Origin: an uncultured Bacteroidota bacterium
GTDB lineage: Bacteria > Bacteroidota > Bacteroidia > Flavobacteriales > Flavobacteriaceae
Reading direction: 5' to 3'
Assembly: GCA_902605445.1 (NCBI GenBank)
Contig: CACLCL010000003.1
Span: 1,192-65,191, forward strand
DNA length: 64,000 nt
How positions within the stretch are numbered: position 1 is the first letter of the stretch; the number at the start of each line of letters is the position of its first letter. The position numbers and the translations under genes are program-made. Positions 26,884 through 36,331 of the stretch are shown piece by piece. The notes beneath the pieces are model-generated. The model worked only from the letters and a program-made list of their open reading frames with translations. It did not search any database and was not told the origin of the DNA.

Positions 26884-29841
26884 TTATTTTACAATAATTC
26901 TTCCAGTCTTATAACCAAGCGAAGTATTTCCAATTTTGACAAAATAAACACCAGGAGAAGCATATGACATATCTAAGTCATAAAGATAAGCGTTATTATT
27001 CATTTTTTCAATATTATTAAATACAATGATTTTTCCGGTTGTATCATATACACTGAAAGTCATCAACTCAGTTTCATTTGTATTTAGTTTTATATTGAAC
27101 ATATTATTATCCGTTGAATAAATAATCAACTCTGAATTATTTAATTCAAAATCTCCGAAACCAAGAGATGTAACAAGATTTACTGTATAATCTTCAGTCT
27201 CACCATATGTTGTGTCTTCACATGCGTCATCTGGAACTTGAGATTGCCAATTAGATTTTATTCTCATTATGTGGGTTCCTAAAACAGCTCCCTCTGGAAT
27301 AGTCATCTGGAAGGTTTCTGTGTATGAGCCTTGACCTTGTCCGTTAGCAATCTCATAATCTGAAACAACCATTTCATCCAATGAGAAAATAAAGTCATCA
27401 TTATAATCAATCCAAATTCGTACATGTTGATCACCGTATCCTGTTGTTACGGTTACATCGTATGTGTCTCCAACTACTAAGTCTGTAGATAGATTTGTAA
27501 AATTGCTGTACCCTCCTTCACATCCAGAAGGATTATCTATATCTGCAACCTGAAATAATTGAAAGCCATCATCATAACCGGCACAATCAGCAACTGGTGA
27601 GCAATTTATATTTGTAATTGACGATTGCCATAAATCATTTGTAGGATCAAAGTCAGTATCCAGAGATGTGTAAGCAACCATAGCATAAGTCCCGAAAGAA
27701 GATAAATCAACTGTTTGATTAAAAGTATATTCAATAAAACTGTTAGGGGCTAATGGTCCAGGAACAGTTTCCGTATAACTAATACCATTAATCTCAAACG
27801 TTACATCAAAATCATATTGAGTTGCACCACCAAAGTTATTTATCGTTATCGTTACTTGCTCAGAGCTTGAAAGTAACTCCCCAGAAACCGGAGAAACAAT
27901 ATTAGAAACACCAATATCATTTGCATTTAGATGCGTTACCTCAGCAGTAAAAGAATCGTTTGTTTCATTTTCATCATCAGAGAGAGATGCAAAAGCAGTA
28001 ATTTGATAAATTGCACCAATCTCTGACATATCAACTGTAGAGGTGAATGTGTATTGAGCAGTCTCGCCAGAAGCAATTGTTCCAGTGAATGTCTCTGTAA
28101 TAATCGTACCATCATCAAGTTGGTAGGATACATCAAAATTTGAAATTGAATTCTCACCATAGTTGAAAATTGAAATAGTAATAATCTCAGAATCGGTCAA
28201 AAGACCAGACGTTGGTGAGTCAATACTTATAATACCAGTGTCGAATGCAGCATCAGGGGCAATTTGAAAGACACCAACCATATGACTACGGCCGGGACCA
28301 AAATACTCGCTTACATACCAAAACTGTTTTTCGTTTGAAGGATCAACACTTAGGTGAGCATAGTCTGCATATCTAGTATTATTGCTATTTCCTGTACTTT
28401 GAACTACTAAACCTTCTTCTAGGGTCATTTCACCTAATGGGTCATTGGCATACCTGCCCGTGTATCTCAATGAAACAGATTCAGAAGAACTTACTGAAGA
28501 GTATCCCATCCCAATATTTCCCTGAATATCCATTGACATACTTGCACCAAATGCATGTCTTCCATCAGGTGCAAGATATGTACCTTCTTGGTGTATTGTC
28601 CAGGGTTGTCCATCATCACTCTGGCGAAGCTCGTACCATCTTACTCCAGCTAATTTTCCTACCGAAACAGTATTGACAACAAAATTAAAAATTGCAGAAT
28701 TGTAATTATCAAATTTTCTATACTGAGCTTGATTCATTATCATTGCCTGCATTGCATCAATATCTGGCCCTGAAGGTTGTTCTAAATTATTAAAGCTACC
28801 TCCATCAAATACACTGTTAAAGGGAGTGGTAGGTAGCTCTACTGGATTTGATATTGATGAATTTGAGGGGTTGTCCCAATCAATATTTACTGACCATATT
28901 TTTAAGTGATCATAATTTACTCCAGCCCATGAATCGTCTTGTAAATAAACTAATGTTGCATTTCCGGCGGAAGGATGATTGTCATCAACAATATCAAAGA
29001 TTTGAGCTGAGGAAAAACCACTAGTAGACATTGATGGTGTATCAAAAGCTTGTAAACTTGCTGTTGGATCACCAACCAAAATTTTATCTCTTTCTAAAAC
29101 AAATAAATTATCTCCACTTGTATTAGTTGTACAATAATAACCATCAGACCAAATTGAATATTTGGGATAGTCGGGAAACTGTCCACTTGTTGGAAATTGA
29201 TTACTTGCTGCGTTATACACATGCCATCCATCATTTATCGGATCGTTTGAAACAGAAACTGCAAAATTTAATGAACTTGAGCCCATTGATGAAATTACAT
29301 ACCTATCAGCTTGACTATCATACAAAACTATTGGATCGCCAGATTGATTTGGGCCAAATAATGAATTTAAACTTGTTGCTGGAGATGCTGGACTACCATC
29401 TAAATTAAAAAAACGAAAAGCGGAATTCCATGATGCAAAATAGTAATCTCTACCTATTTCACCCGTAGGATCACCAGGTGTGGCTGTTTGTGATGTAGTT
29501 TGAAAAATTAATGCAGGTTCCCTAGATTGAATTTTATTTTTTTTGTTGTTGAAGTTTACTAAGGGATCATTTCCCTTTGGAAGTCCTTTTCCTGGCACAA
29601 CCTTGTTAGCTAACATTCTTTTAGCAGGACCATCTTTCTTATAATCCTCAGGGTCTGCAGGTACAAATGTCCCGTTTTTTATTTGATCAGTGATACTTGG
29701 AATATATTTGTATTCCAAATTTATCACCTGGGTCACCTTATAATTTTCATTCGCTTCATTATTTTCAATAGTTTTCTGACTGTAAATGTAATTAGCTGTA
29801 AACAAAAACAATAAAAGGATGTAAAAAAAGGATTTTTTCAT
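26884..29841 (-). CDS. T9SS-secreted protein with an about 540 aa N-terminal domain of unknown function fused to the same CARDB-CARDB-GEVED cassette and a type-A CTD
   Basis: The ATG at 29841 (MKKSFFYILLLFLFTANYIYSQ) is preferred over the TTG at 29862. The N-terminal part (…GDPIVLYDSQADRYVISSMG…HLKIWSVNIDW…VRWYELRQ…YADYAHLSVDPSNEKQFWYVSEY) has no catalytic motif I recognise. The C-terminal 345 aa are identical to the cassette in 21539..24271. Confidence 0.7.
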   Translation of the reverse strand: MKKSFFYILLLFLFTANYIYSQKTIENNEANENYKVTQVINLEYKYIPSITDQIKNGTFVPADPEDYKKDGPAKRMLANKVVPGKGLPKGNDPLVNFNNKKNKIQSREPALIFQTTSQTATPGDPTGEIGRDYYFASWNSAFRFFNLDGSPASPATSLNSLFGPNQSGDPIVLYDSQADRYVISSMGSSSLNFAVSVSNDPINDGWHVYNAASNQFPTSGQFPDYPKYSIWSDGYYCTTNTSGDNLFVLERDKILVGDPTASLQAFDTPSMSTSGFSSAQIFDIVDDNHPSAGNATLVYLQDDSWAGVNYDHLKIWSVNIDWDNPSNSSISNPVELPTTPFNSVFDGGSFNNLEQPSGPDIDAMQAMIMNQAQYRKFDNYNSAIFNFVVNTVSVGKLAGVRWYELRQSDDGQPWTIHQEGTYLAPDGRHAFGASMSMDIQGNIGMGYSSVSSSESVSLRYTGRYANDPLGEMTLEEGLVVQSTGNSNNTRYADYAHLSVDPSNEKQFWYVSEYFGPGRSHMVGVFQIAPDAAFDTGIISIDSPTSGLLTDSEIITISIFNYGENSISNFDVSYQLDDGTIITETFTGTIASGETAQYTFTSTVDMSEIGAIYQITAFASLSDDENETNDSFTAEVTHLNANDIGVSNIVSPVSGELLSSSEQVTITINNFGGATQYDFDVTFEINGISYTETVPGPLAPNSFIEYTFNQTVDLSSFGTYAMVAYTSLDTDFDPTNDLWQSSITNINCSPVADCAGYDDGFQLFQVADIDNPSGCEGGYSNFTNLSTDLVVGDTYDVTVTTGYGDQHVRIWIDYNDDFIFSLDEMVVSDYEIANGQGQGSYTETFQMTIPEGAVLGTHIMRIKSNWQSQVPDDACEDTTYGETEDYTVNLVTSLGFGDFELNNSELIIYSTDNNMFNIKLNTNETELMTFSVYDTTGKIIVFNNIEKMNNNAYLYDLDMSYASPGVYFVKIGNTSLGYKTGRIIVK
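27104..28159. repeat. Copy 2 of the roughly 1,055 bp near-identical direct repeat (partner 21760..22814)
   Basis: See copy 1. The offset between copies is about 5,344 bp, on the same strand. Confidence 0.9.
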
Positions 29842-29908
29842 AAAAAAAATTAAGCTGTGCAATTTAGCACTTTTGTGTAATATTTAAAATATTATATGGT
29901 TGTTTTTA

Positions 29909-31441
29909 TTATAAAAAAGCAGACATATTTACAAGTGGGTCTATATTATCATTTAAGTCTTCAATTTTAACTCTGTTTTGTAGCATTGTGTCTCTATTTC
30001 TTACAGTAACAGAACCGTCAATTAATGTTTCGTGGTCAACAGTTATGCAAATTGGAGTTCCAATTGAATCCTGTCGTCTGTATCTTCTACCGATCGCATC
30101 CTTTTCATCATAGGTTACATTGTATTTTAACTTTAACGCACTAAAAAGTTTTTTTGCAAACTTTGAAAGACCATCTTTTTTAACTAATGGTAAAACTGCT
30201 AGCTTGTATGGGGCGAGAAAAGGTGGAATTTTTAATACAACTCTGCTTGTATTATTTTCAAGTTCTTCTTCATTATATGATGATGATAGAATTGCCAAAA
30301 ACATTCTATCCAATCCAATTGAGGTCTCAACAACATATGGGACATAGCTTTCATTAATTTCATTATCATAATATCTCAATTTTTTGCCAGAAAATTCTTC
30401 ATGCAGCTTCAAATCAAAATCTGTTCTTGAGTGAATACCCTCTAGCTCTTTGAAACCGAACGGAAAATTAAACTCAATGTCGCATGCAGAGTCAGCATAA
30501 TGTGCTAACTTTTCATGATTATGAAATCTATAATTTTCTTTACTTATGCCTAAGGACAAATGCCATTTCATCCTTTTTTCTTTCCATTTTTCATACCAAT
30601 GTTTTTGTTTTCCTGGCTTAACAAAAAATTGCATTTCCATCTGTTCAAACTCTCTCATCCTAAAAATAAATTGTCTGGCAACAATTTCATTTCTAAATGC
30701 TTTACCAATTTGTGCAATTCCAAATGGGATTTTTTTTCTTGCACTTTTTTGAACATTCAAAAAATTAACAAAAATTCCCTGAGCTGTTTCTGGTCGTAAA
30801 AAAATTTCAGATGCTGAATCAGAACTTGCACCAATTGAAGTTGAAAACATTAAATTAAACTGTTTAATATCAGTCCAATTTGACGAGCCTGAAACAGGAT
30901 CCTTTATTTCAAGTTCATCAATTAGTTTTTTGATAGAAACCAAATCATCTAATTGAAAATACTTTTTCATTTTAAGTTTTATTTCATCAATTTTTTTTTG
31001 ATAATCAATAACTCTTGAATTTGTATTCAAAAACTCTTTTTCATCGAATTCAAGTCCATATTTTTTTTCAGCTTTTTTTATTTCTTTATTGATTTTTGAT
31101 TCAATCTTTAAAATATAATCTTCAATTAAAACATCTGCCCTGTATCTAAGCTTTGAGTCTTTATTATCGATTAACGGATCATTAAATGCATCAATATGAC
31201 CAGATGCCTTCCATGTTTTAGGATGCATCAAAATAGATGAGTCTAAGCCGACAATATTGTCTTCCATTTGAACCATCGATGCCCACCAATACTTCTTTAA
31301 ATTATTTTTTAATTCAACACCGTTATGACCGTAATCATAAACAGCACTTAAACCATCATAAATTTCACTACTTTGAAAAATAAATCCGTATTCTTTAGCA
31401 TGCGAAATAATTTTTTTAAAAGTATCATTAGAGTTTTTCAT
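29909..31441 (-). CDS. glyQS: Glycine--tRNA ligase (dimeric class II type)
   Basis: ...IISHAKEYGFIFQSSEIYDGLSAVYDYGHNGVELKNNLKKYWW..., FRNEI..R.FIFRMREFEQME (motif 2) and an anticodon-binding C-terminus. Confidence 0.95.
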   Translation of the reverse strand: MKNSNDTFKKIISHAKEYGFIFQSSEIYDGLSAVYDYGHNGVELKNNLKKYWWASMVQMEDNIVGLDSSILMHPKTWKASGHIDAFNDPLIDNKDSKLRYRADVLIEDYILKIESKINKEIKKAEKKYGLEFDEKEFLNTNSRVIDYQKKIDEIKLKMKKYFQLDDLVSIKKLIDELEIKDPVSGSSNWTDIKQFNLMFSTSIGASSDSASEIFLRPETAQGIFVNFLNVQKSARKKIPFGIAQIGKAFRNEIVARQFIFRMREFEQMEMQFFVKPGKQKHWYEKWKEKRMKWHLSLGISKENYRFHNHEKLAHYADSACDIEFNFPFGFKELEGIHSRTDFDLKLHEEFSGKKLRYYDNEINESYVPYVVETSIGLDRMFLAILSSSYNEEELENNTSRVVLKIPPFLAPYKLAVLPLVKKDGLSKFAKKLFSALKLKYNVTYDEKDAIGRRYRRQDSIGTPICITVDHETLIDGSVTVRNRDTMLQNRVKIEDLNDNIDPLVNMSAFL

Positions 31442-31513
31442 ATTACAAAAGTATAAAACGCAATTTAGAAAGAAATGATTTTTCTAAAATTATGTGTTAC
31501 TTTGCCATTAATT

Positions 31514-33109
31514 ATGAGAATTACTATTTTGTATTTTTTGCTATTTGTTACGCTATTTAATTGTGCTAACAGAGGTACTCCAAGCGGGGGGCCAATAGAT
31601 GAAAGTCCTCCTATTGTTATTAGTTCAAAACCTGAAAATTTTTCGGTAAACTTCACTCAAAATGAAATTGAAATATTTTTTGATGAATATATAAGACTTA
31701 ATAATATACAAAATGAACTAATTATATCACCTCCCATTAATCCAATGCCGATTATTATCCCAATGAGTTCAGCAAAAAAAAGTATTGTAATTAGTGATAT
31801 TGATTCACTGAAAGAAAACACTACTTACAGTTTTAATTTTGGAGAAAGTATTGAAGATAACAACGAAAGAAATCCTTTACCGAATTTTAAGTATGTCTTT
31901 TCAACCGGAAAATATATTGATTCTTTAAAACTTTCTGGAGTAGTTAAGGATGGGTATAATAAAGATATAAGTGATAAAATTCATGTTATGCTTTACGAAT
32001 ATAATTCCCTATTTAATGATTCAATAGTTTATTCATCCAAGCCAAAGTACATTGCTAAAGTAAATGATACTACCTTTTCTTTCACTTTGGAAAATATTAA
32101 AAAGGGTAAATATTTAGTGATCGCACTAGAAGAAGAGAATAAAAATTACTTATATGAAAGTAAATTGGATAAAATTGGTTTTAACGAAAAGATAATTGAA
32201 TTACCCAATGACAGTTTAGTAGAAATGATTTTGTTTAAGGAAGAGACCGAATTTAAAATCAAAACTGTGAAACAAAATAGTGAGAATTCATTTAAGCTTG
32301 GATATGACGGAATTTATGAGGATTTTGATATTAATATTACAGATGCGAATAACTCAGTTTTTAAAAATAAAATAATTTTTGATTCAAAATCAGACAGTTT
32401 AGTTTGTTGGCTAAAAAATAAAAAAGATTTTGATTCACTTACTTTTAAAATCAGCGGAAATAAATTTTCTGAGATTTTCAATATTAAAGTTAGAGATAAA
32501 GAAAAGGACTCATTGATTATAAAATCAAATCAAATTAATATTTTAAAATTTTATGAGGATTTTAGTCTTAGTGGTAATATACCATTTGAATCAATCAACA
32601 AAGATAAAATTAAAGTTTTAGATAAAGATTCTATTAGTATTGATTATAATGTAAGGCTTGATAATTTGAAAAATGAGCTAATACTTGATTTTGAAAAGTC
32701 TGAGGAACAAGAATATTCTATAGAACTTTTGCCTGGGGCTATTACTGATTTTTATGAAAATGTAAATGACACACTATTATATAAACTGAGTACTAAAGCA
32801 TATAATGATTTTGGAAATTTAAAGTTAAATTTAAAAAACACAAGTGGTCAAAATTTAATAATACAATTACTTTCAATAAATGGTGAAGTTAAATTTGAAA
32901 ATCTTATGTCAAATTCATTTAATACTGAATTTAAAAACATTGAAGCTGGGAATTATTTAATTAGAATAATTTTTGATACAAATAATAATAACAGATATGA
33001 TTCGGGAAATTATTTAAAAAAAATTCAACCTGAAAAAGTAGTTTTTTTTCCTGAGGAAATTGAAATAAGAGCTGGTTGGGATCTAGTTCAGGAATTTATT
33101 TTACAATAA
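31514..33109 (+). CDS. Ig-like (Big_5/SbsA-type) domain lipoprotein, unknown function
   Basis: Lipobox LFNC, then ANRGTPSGGPIDESPPIVISSKPENFSVNF, which is the typical start of flavobacterial Ig-like domain lipoproteins. The ATG at 31514 is preferred over 31475. Confidence 0.6.
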   Translation: MRITILYFLLFVTLFNCANRGTPSGGPIDESPPIVISSKPENFSVNFTQNEIEIFFDEYIRLNNIQNELIISPPINPMPIIIPMSSAKKSIVISDIDSLKENTTYSFNFGESIEDNNERNPLPNFKYVFSTGKYIDSLKLSGVVKDGYNKDISDKIHVMLYEYNSLFNDSIVYSSKPKYIAKVNDTTFSFTLENIKKGKYLVIALEEENKNYLYESKLDKIGFNEKIIELPNDSLVEMILFKEETEFKIKTVKQNSENSFKLGYDGIYEDFDINITDANNSVFKNKIIFDSKSDSLVCWLKNKKDFDSLTFKISGNKFSEIFNIKVRDKEKDSLIIKSNQINILKFYEDFSLSGNIPFESINKDKIKVLDKDSISIDYNVRLDNLKNELILDFEKSEEQEYSIELLPGAITDFYENVNDTLLYKLSTKAYNDFGNLKLNLKNTSGQNLIIQLLSINGEVKFENLMSNSFNTEFKNIEAGNYLIRIIFDTNNNNRYDSGNYLKKIQPEKVVFFPEEIEIRAGWDLVQEFILQ

Positions 33110-33856
33110 TTATTTTTTTAAGGAAGCCTTTAATAATTCTCTATTCATTCTTGCTATATTATCTAAAGAAATTCCCTTGGGGCACTCAACCTCACAAGCA
33201 CCTGTATTAGAACAATTTCCAAAACCTTCTAAATCCATTTGATTAACCATATTTAAAACTCTTCTAGATGCTTCAGTTTTACCTTGTGGTAATAATGAAT
33301 ATTGTGAAATTTTTGCACCAACAAAAAGCATGGCCGAAGAGTTCTTACATGTTGCTACACATGCTCCACAACCGATACAAGTTGCAGCATCAAATGCGTT
33401 ATCAGCATCTTCCTTATTGATTGGAATAGAATTAGCATCTTGGGTATTTCCTGAGGTATTAACAGAAATATAACCTCCGGAATGCTGAATTCTGTCAAAC
33501 GCACTTCTGTCAATTACCAAATCTTTAATAACTGGAAAAGCTTTAGCTCTAAATGGTTCGACGTATATTGTATCGCCATCTTTGAATTTTCTCATGTGAA
33601 GCTGACAAGTAGTAATTCTACGGTCGGGGCCGTGAGCTTGACCGTTTATGAACAATGAGCAAGATCCGCAAATACCCTCTCTGCAATCATGATCAAAAGA
33701 AATAGGGTCATCATCTTCTAAAATTAACCTTGCATTCAATACATCTAACATCTCAAGAAATGACATATCAGGGGATATATTGTCAATTTCATAACTAACC
33801 ATTTGACCCTTAGACTCTGAGTTTTTTTGACGCCATATTTTTAATGTAAGTTTCAT
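33110..33856 (-). CDS. sdhB: Succinate dehydrogenase/fumarate reductase iron-sulfur subunit
   Basis: The 2Fe-2S motif ([11 protein letters not shown]) and two Cys clusters ([11 protein letters not shown]; [15 protein letters not shown]). Confidence 0.93.
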   Translation of the reverse strand: MKLTLKIWRQKNSESKGQMVSYEIDNISPDMSFLEMLDVLNARLILEDDDPISFDHDCREGICGSCSLFINGQAHGPDRRITTCQLHMRKFKDGDTIYVEPFRAKAFPVIKDLVIDRSAFDRIQHSGGYISVNTSGNTQDANSIPINKEDADNAFDAATCIGCGACVATCKNSSAMLFVGAKISQYSLLPQGKTEASRRVLNMVNQMDLEGFGNCSNTGACEVECPKGISLDNIARMNRELLKASLKK

Positions 33857-33857
33857 G

Positions 33858-36173
33858 TTATTTATAACTTCTTTCTTTTACTTCGATATTTTTATAATCT
33901 AATTTTTCTTTGTGAAGAATTGCATTTTTTGGTTCACCAACATATTCCCATGCTGAAACAAATTGAAATTCTTTTTTTCTGGTTGCTTCACCTTCTTTAG
34001 TTTGATATTCTTCTCTAAAATGCCCACCGCATGACTCTTCTCTGTTTAATGCGTCTTTTGCAAATAATTCACCTAACTCTAAAAAATCAGCAACCCTTCC
34101 TGCTTTTGCTAACTCTTCGTTAAATTCAAATTGGCTTCCTGGGACCTTAACCTCTGACCAAAATTCTTTTCTAAGTTTTGATATTTCTGCAATGGCAGAT
34201 TGTAAATCCTTTTTATTTCTAGCCATTCCACATTTGTTCCACATAATTTTTCCAAGCCTCTTGTGAAAATAATCCACCGACTTAGTACCCTTATTATTTA
34301 CAAGCATATCGAGCTTATCCCTAGCTTCCTTTTCAGCTAACATAAATTCTTTAGTGTCATTAGCAATAGGCCCTGTAGATATTTCGTCAGATAGATAATC
34401 ACCAATTGTGTAAGGAAGAACGAAATACCCATCAGCTAAGCCTTGCATTAGTGCTGAAGCACCAAGCCTATTGGCACCATGATCTGAAAAATTTGCTTCA
34501 CCTATCGCATACAATCCAGGGATTGTAGTCATCAAATTATAGTCAACCCAAATCCCACCCATCGTGTAGTGAACCGCTGGATAAATCATCATCGGAGTTT
34601 CATAGGGATTCTGGTCTACTATTTTTTCATACATCTGAAATAAGTTTCCGTATTTTTTTCTGATTATTTCTTTACCAAATTTCTTTATTAATTCATTATT
34701 ATTTTCATCTTCCCCTTTGATTCTTGCCTGTTCTTTTCCGTATCTTAATATTGATGATGCAAAATCAAGATAAACTGCTTCACCAGTTTTATTAACTCCA
34801 AAACCAGCATCACATCTTTCCTTTGCCGCTCTTGACGCTACATCTCTGGGAACTAAATTGCCAAAGGCAGGGTATCTTCTTTCTAAAAAATAATCGCGAT
34901 CTTCCTCCGAAATTTCCGTTGGTTTTTTTGAGCCATTTCTAATAGCATTAACATCCTCAAGTTTTTTTGGTACCCAAATTCTTCCATCGTTTCTTAATGA
35001 TTCAGACATTAAGGTTAATTTGGATTGGTGATCTCCGGAAACCGGGATACATGTTGGGTGTATTTGTGTGAAGCAAGGGTTTGCAAAAAATGCACCTCTT
35101 CTGTGAGCTTTCCATGCAGCAGTTACGTTACTTCCCATTGCGTTGGTAGACAAATAAAATACATTTCCATATCCACCCGTTGCTAGGACTACTGCGTGTG
35201 CTGAATGTCTTTCTAATTCTCCGTTAATTAAATTTCTTGTTATTATGCCTCTTGCTTTACCATCGACAATTACAACATCGAGCATTTCATGTCTGTTATA
35301 CATTTTAATTTTACCTCGGGCAATCTGCCTATTCATTGCTGAATAAGCCCCAAGTAACAATTGTTGTCCTGTTTGGCCTTTTGCATAAAATGTTCTTGAA
35401 ACTAATACACCGCCAAACGACCTGTTATCTAAAAGACCTCCATAATCTCTTGCAAATGGAACACCTTGTGCAACACATTGATCTATTATATTGGCTGAAA
35501 CCTCCGCTAATCTATAAACATTTTCCTCTCTTGATCTGTAGTCACCGCCTTTTACTGTGTCGTAAAATAAACGGTATACAGAATCTCCATCGCCTTGATA
35601 ATTTTTAGCAGCATTTATGCCTCCTTGAGCAGCGATGGAATGGGCTCTTCTCGGGGAATCTTGAAAACAAAAAGCCTTTACATTATAACCTAGCTCAGCT
35701 AGCGTTGCACATGCTGAACCTCCAGCCAAACCAGTACCAACAACAATAATGTCAATATTTCTTTTATTGGCTGGACTTACTAAATTGATAGTATTTTTGT
35801 GATTTGTCCATTTTAAATCAATAGATCCTTTAGGAAGATTAGATTTAAGATAATTTGAGGACGATTCATTTTCGACATTACTGTACAAATGTTGAATGTC
35901 AAAATCTTTAACCTTTTTCTTTAAAATGTTATTTTTCTTTTTGTGGAAGGGATCAGAAGACTTTACAGGACTTCTATCAGAGTTTTTATGCCAGTCAGAA
36001 TTCCAATCCTTTAGCATACACCTTACACCAGTACTTTTTTTAATTATTTTAGTTTTTTTTGTTTGATTACACTTGTGATAATAGCGTATACAAATTGTTA
36101 ACTCGTCATCAGGGGAATATTCTGATTTGGGTCTACGGTAATTTAGGGAATAAGTTAACTTTTTTTTAGGCAT
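33858..36173 (-). CDS. sdhA: Succinate dehydrogenase/fumarate reductase flavoprotein subunit; ORF carries an anomalous roughly 95-105 codon N-terminal extension
   Basis: From aa ~109 on it is canonical Bacteroidetes SdhA ([44 protein letters not shown]..., HPT, HYTMGG). There is no in-frame ATG between 36017 and the FAD-binding motif. The only nearby alternative start is TTG at 35888, which would give 676 aa. The upstream codons look integrase-derived (see next feature). Confidence 0.9.
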   Translation of the reverse strand: MPKKKLTYSLNYRRPKSEYSPDDELTICIRYYHKCNQTKKTKIIKKSTGVRCMLKDWNSDWHKNSDRSPVKSSDPFHKKKNNILKKKVKDFDIQHLYSNVENESSSNYLKSNLPKGSIDLKWTNHKNTINLVSPANKRNIDIIVVGTGLAGGSACATLAELGYNVKAFCFQDSPRRAHSIAAQGGINAAKNYQGDGDSVYRLFYDTVKGGDYRSREENVYRLAEVSANIIDQCVAQGVPFARDYGGLLDNRSFGGVLVSRTFYAKGQTGQQLLLGAYSAMNRQIARGKIKMYNRHEMLDVVIVDGKARGIITRNLINGELERHSAHAVVLATGGYGNVFYLSTNAMGSNVTAAWKAHRRGAFFANPCFTQIHPTCIPVSGDHQSKLTLMSESLRNDGRIWVPKKLEDVNAIRNGSKKPTEISEEDRDYFLERRYPAFGNLVPRDVASRAAKERCDAGFGVNKTGEAVYLDFASSILRYGKEQARIKGEDENNNELIKKFGKEIIRKKYGNLFQMYEKIVDQNPYETPMMIYPAVHYTMGGIWVDYNLMTTIPGLYAIGEANFSDHGANRLGASALMQGLADGYFVLPYTIGDYLSDEISTGPIANDTKEFMLAEKEARDKLDMLVNNKGTKSVDYFHKRLGKIMWNKCGMARNKKDLQSAIAEISKLRKEFWSEVKVPGSQFEFNEELAKAGRVADFLELGELFAKDALNREESCGGHFREEYQTKEGEATRKKEFQFVSAWEYVGEPKNAILHKEKLDYKNIEVKERSYK
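35889..36173 (-). pseudogene. Remnant of a tyrosine-integrase 5' end (arm DNA-binding domain-like), in frame with sdhA
   Basis: [93 protein letters not shown]. This follows the remembered IntDOT-type N-terminal pattern: short basic beta-strands, then STG...W(N/D)..., then a basic helix. No SAM-like or catalytic part follows. Confidence 0.45.
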
Positions 36174-36234
36174 TTCTAAATTTTAAACAAAAATACAAAT
36201 ATTTTAAATTTAATAGCAAAAAAAAGAGAATAAT

Positions 36235-36311
36235 TGTAACACTTTATGTAACACATATAATATAATTAAATAATATATTTATAGGATTTATTTGTAACAC
36301 TTTTGTAACAC
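36235..36311. repeat. Four direct copies of TGTAACAC in two closely spaced pairs, between sdhC and the integrase-like remnant
   Basis: Copies lie at 36235-42, 36247-54, 36293-300 and 36304-11. The pairs read TTGTAACACTTTATGTAACACATAT and TTGTAACACTTTTGTAACACGTAT. Confidence 0.85.
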
Positions 36312-36331
36312 GTATAAAATGAAATACATTA

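Noticed and set aside
21760-28159. The repeat pairs could be diversity-generating retroelement template/variable repeats.
   Set aside because: The repeats are about 1 kb, far longer than TR/VR. The few differences are G/A and C/T transitions rather than adenine-specific substitutions. No reverse transcriptase gene is present in the window.
22591-28160. Antisense ORF pairs that are conserved between loci: 22591..22839 with 27936..28160, and 49422..49613 with 52804..52995. Conservation could suggest real genes.
   Set aside because: They are conserved only because they lie inside the near-identical DNA repeats. They carry no independent coding signal.
18171-29862. Strong local GC contrast could indicate horizontal transfer. 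I counted about 17% GC in a line of the 18.2-21.5 kb gene versus about 43% in lines of the protease genes.
   Set aside because: Conserved housekeeping genes in the window are equally GC-rich; a sufB line counted about 48%. The contrast tracks amino-acid composition (N/K/I-rich versus G/D/T/S-rich proteins). Without computed codon-position statistics it is not evidence of HGT.
36235-36311. The TGTAACAC cluster could be a miniature CRISPR array.
   Set aside because: The repeats are only 8 nt, the spacers are 4 and 38 nt, and there are no cas genes. This is inconsistent with CRISPR architecture.
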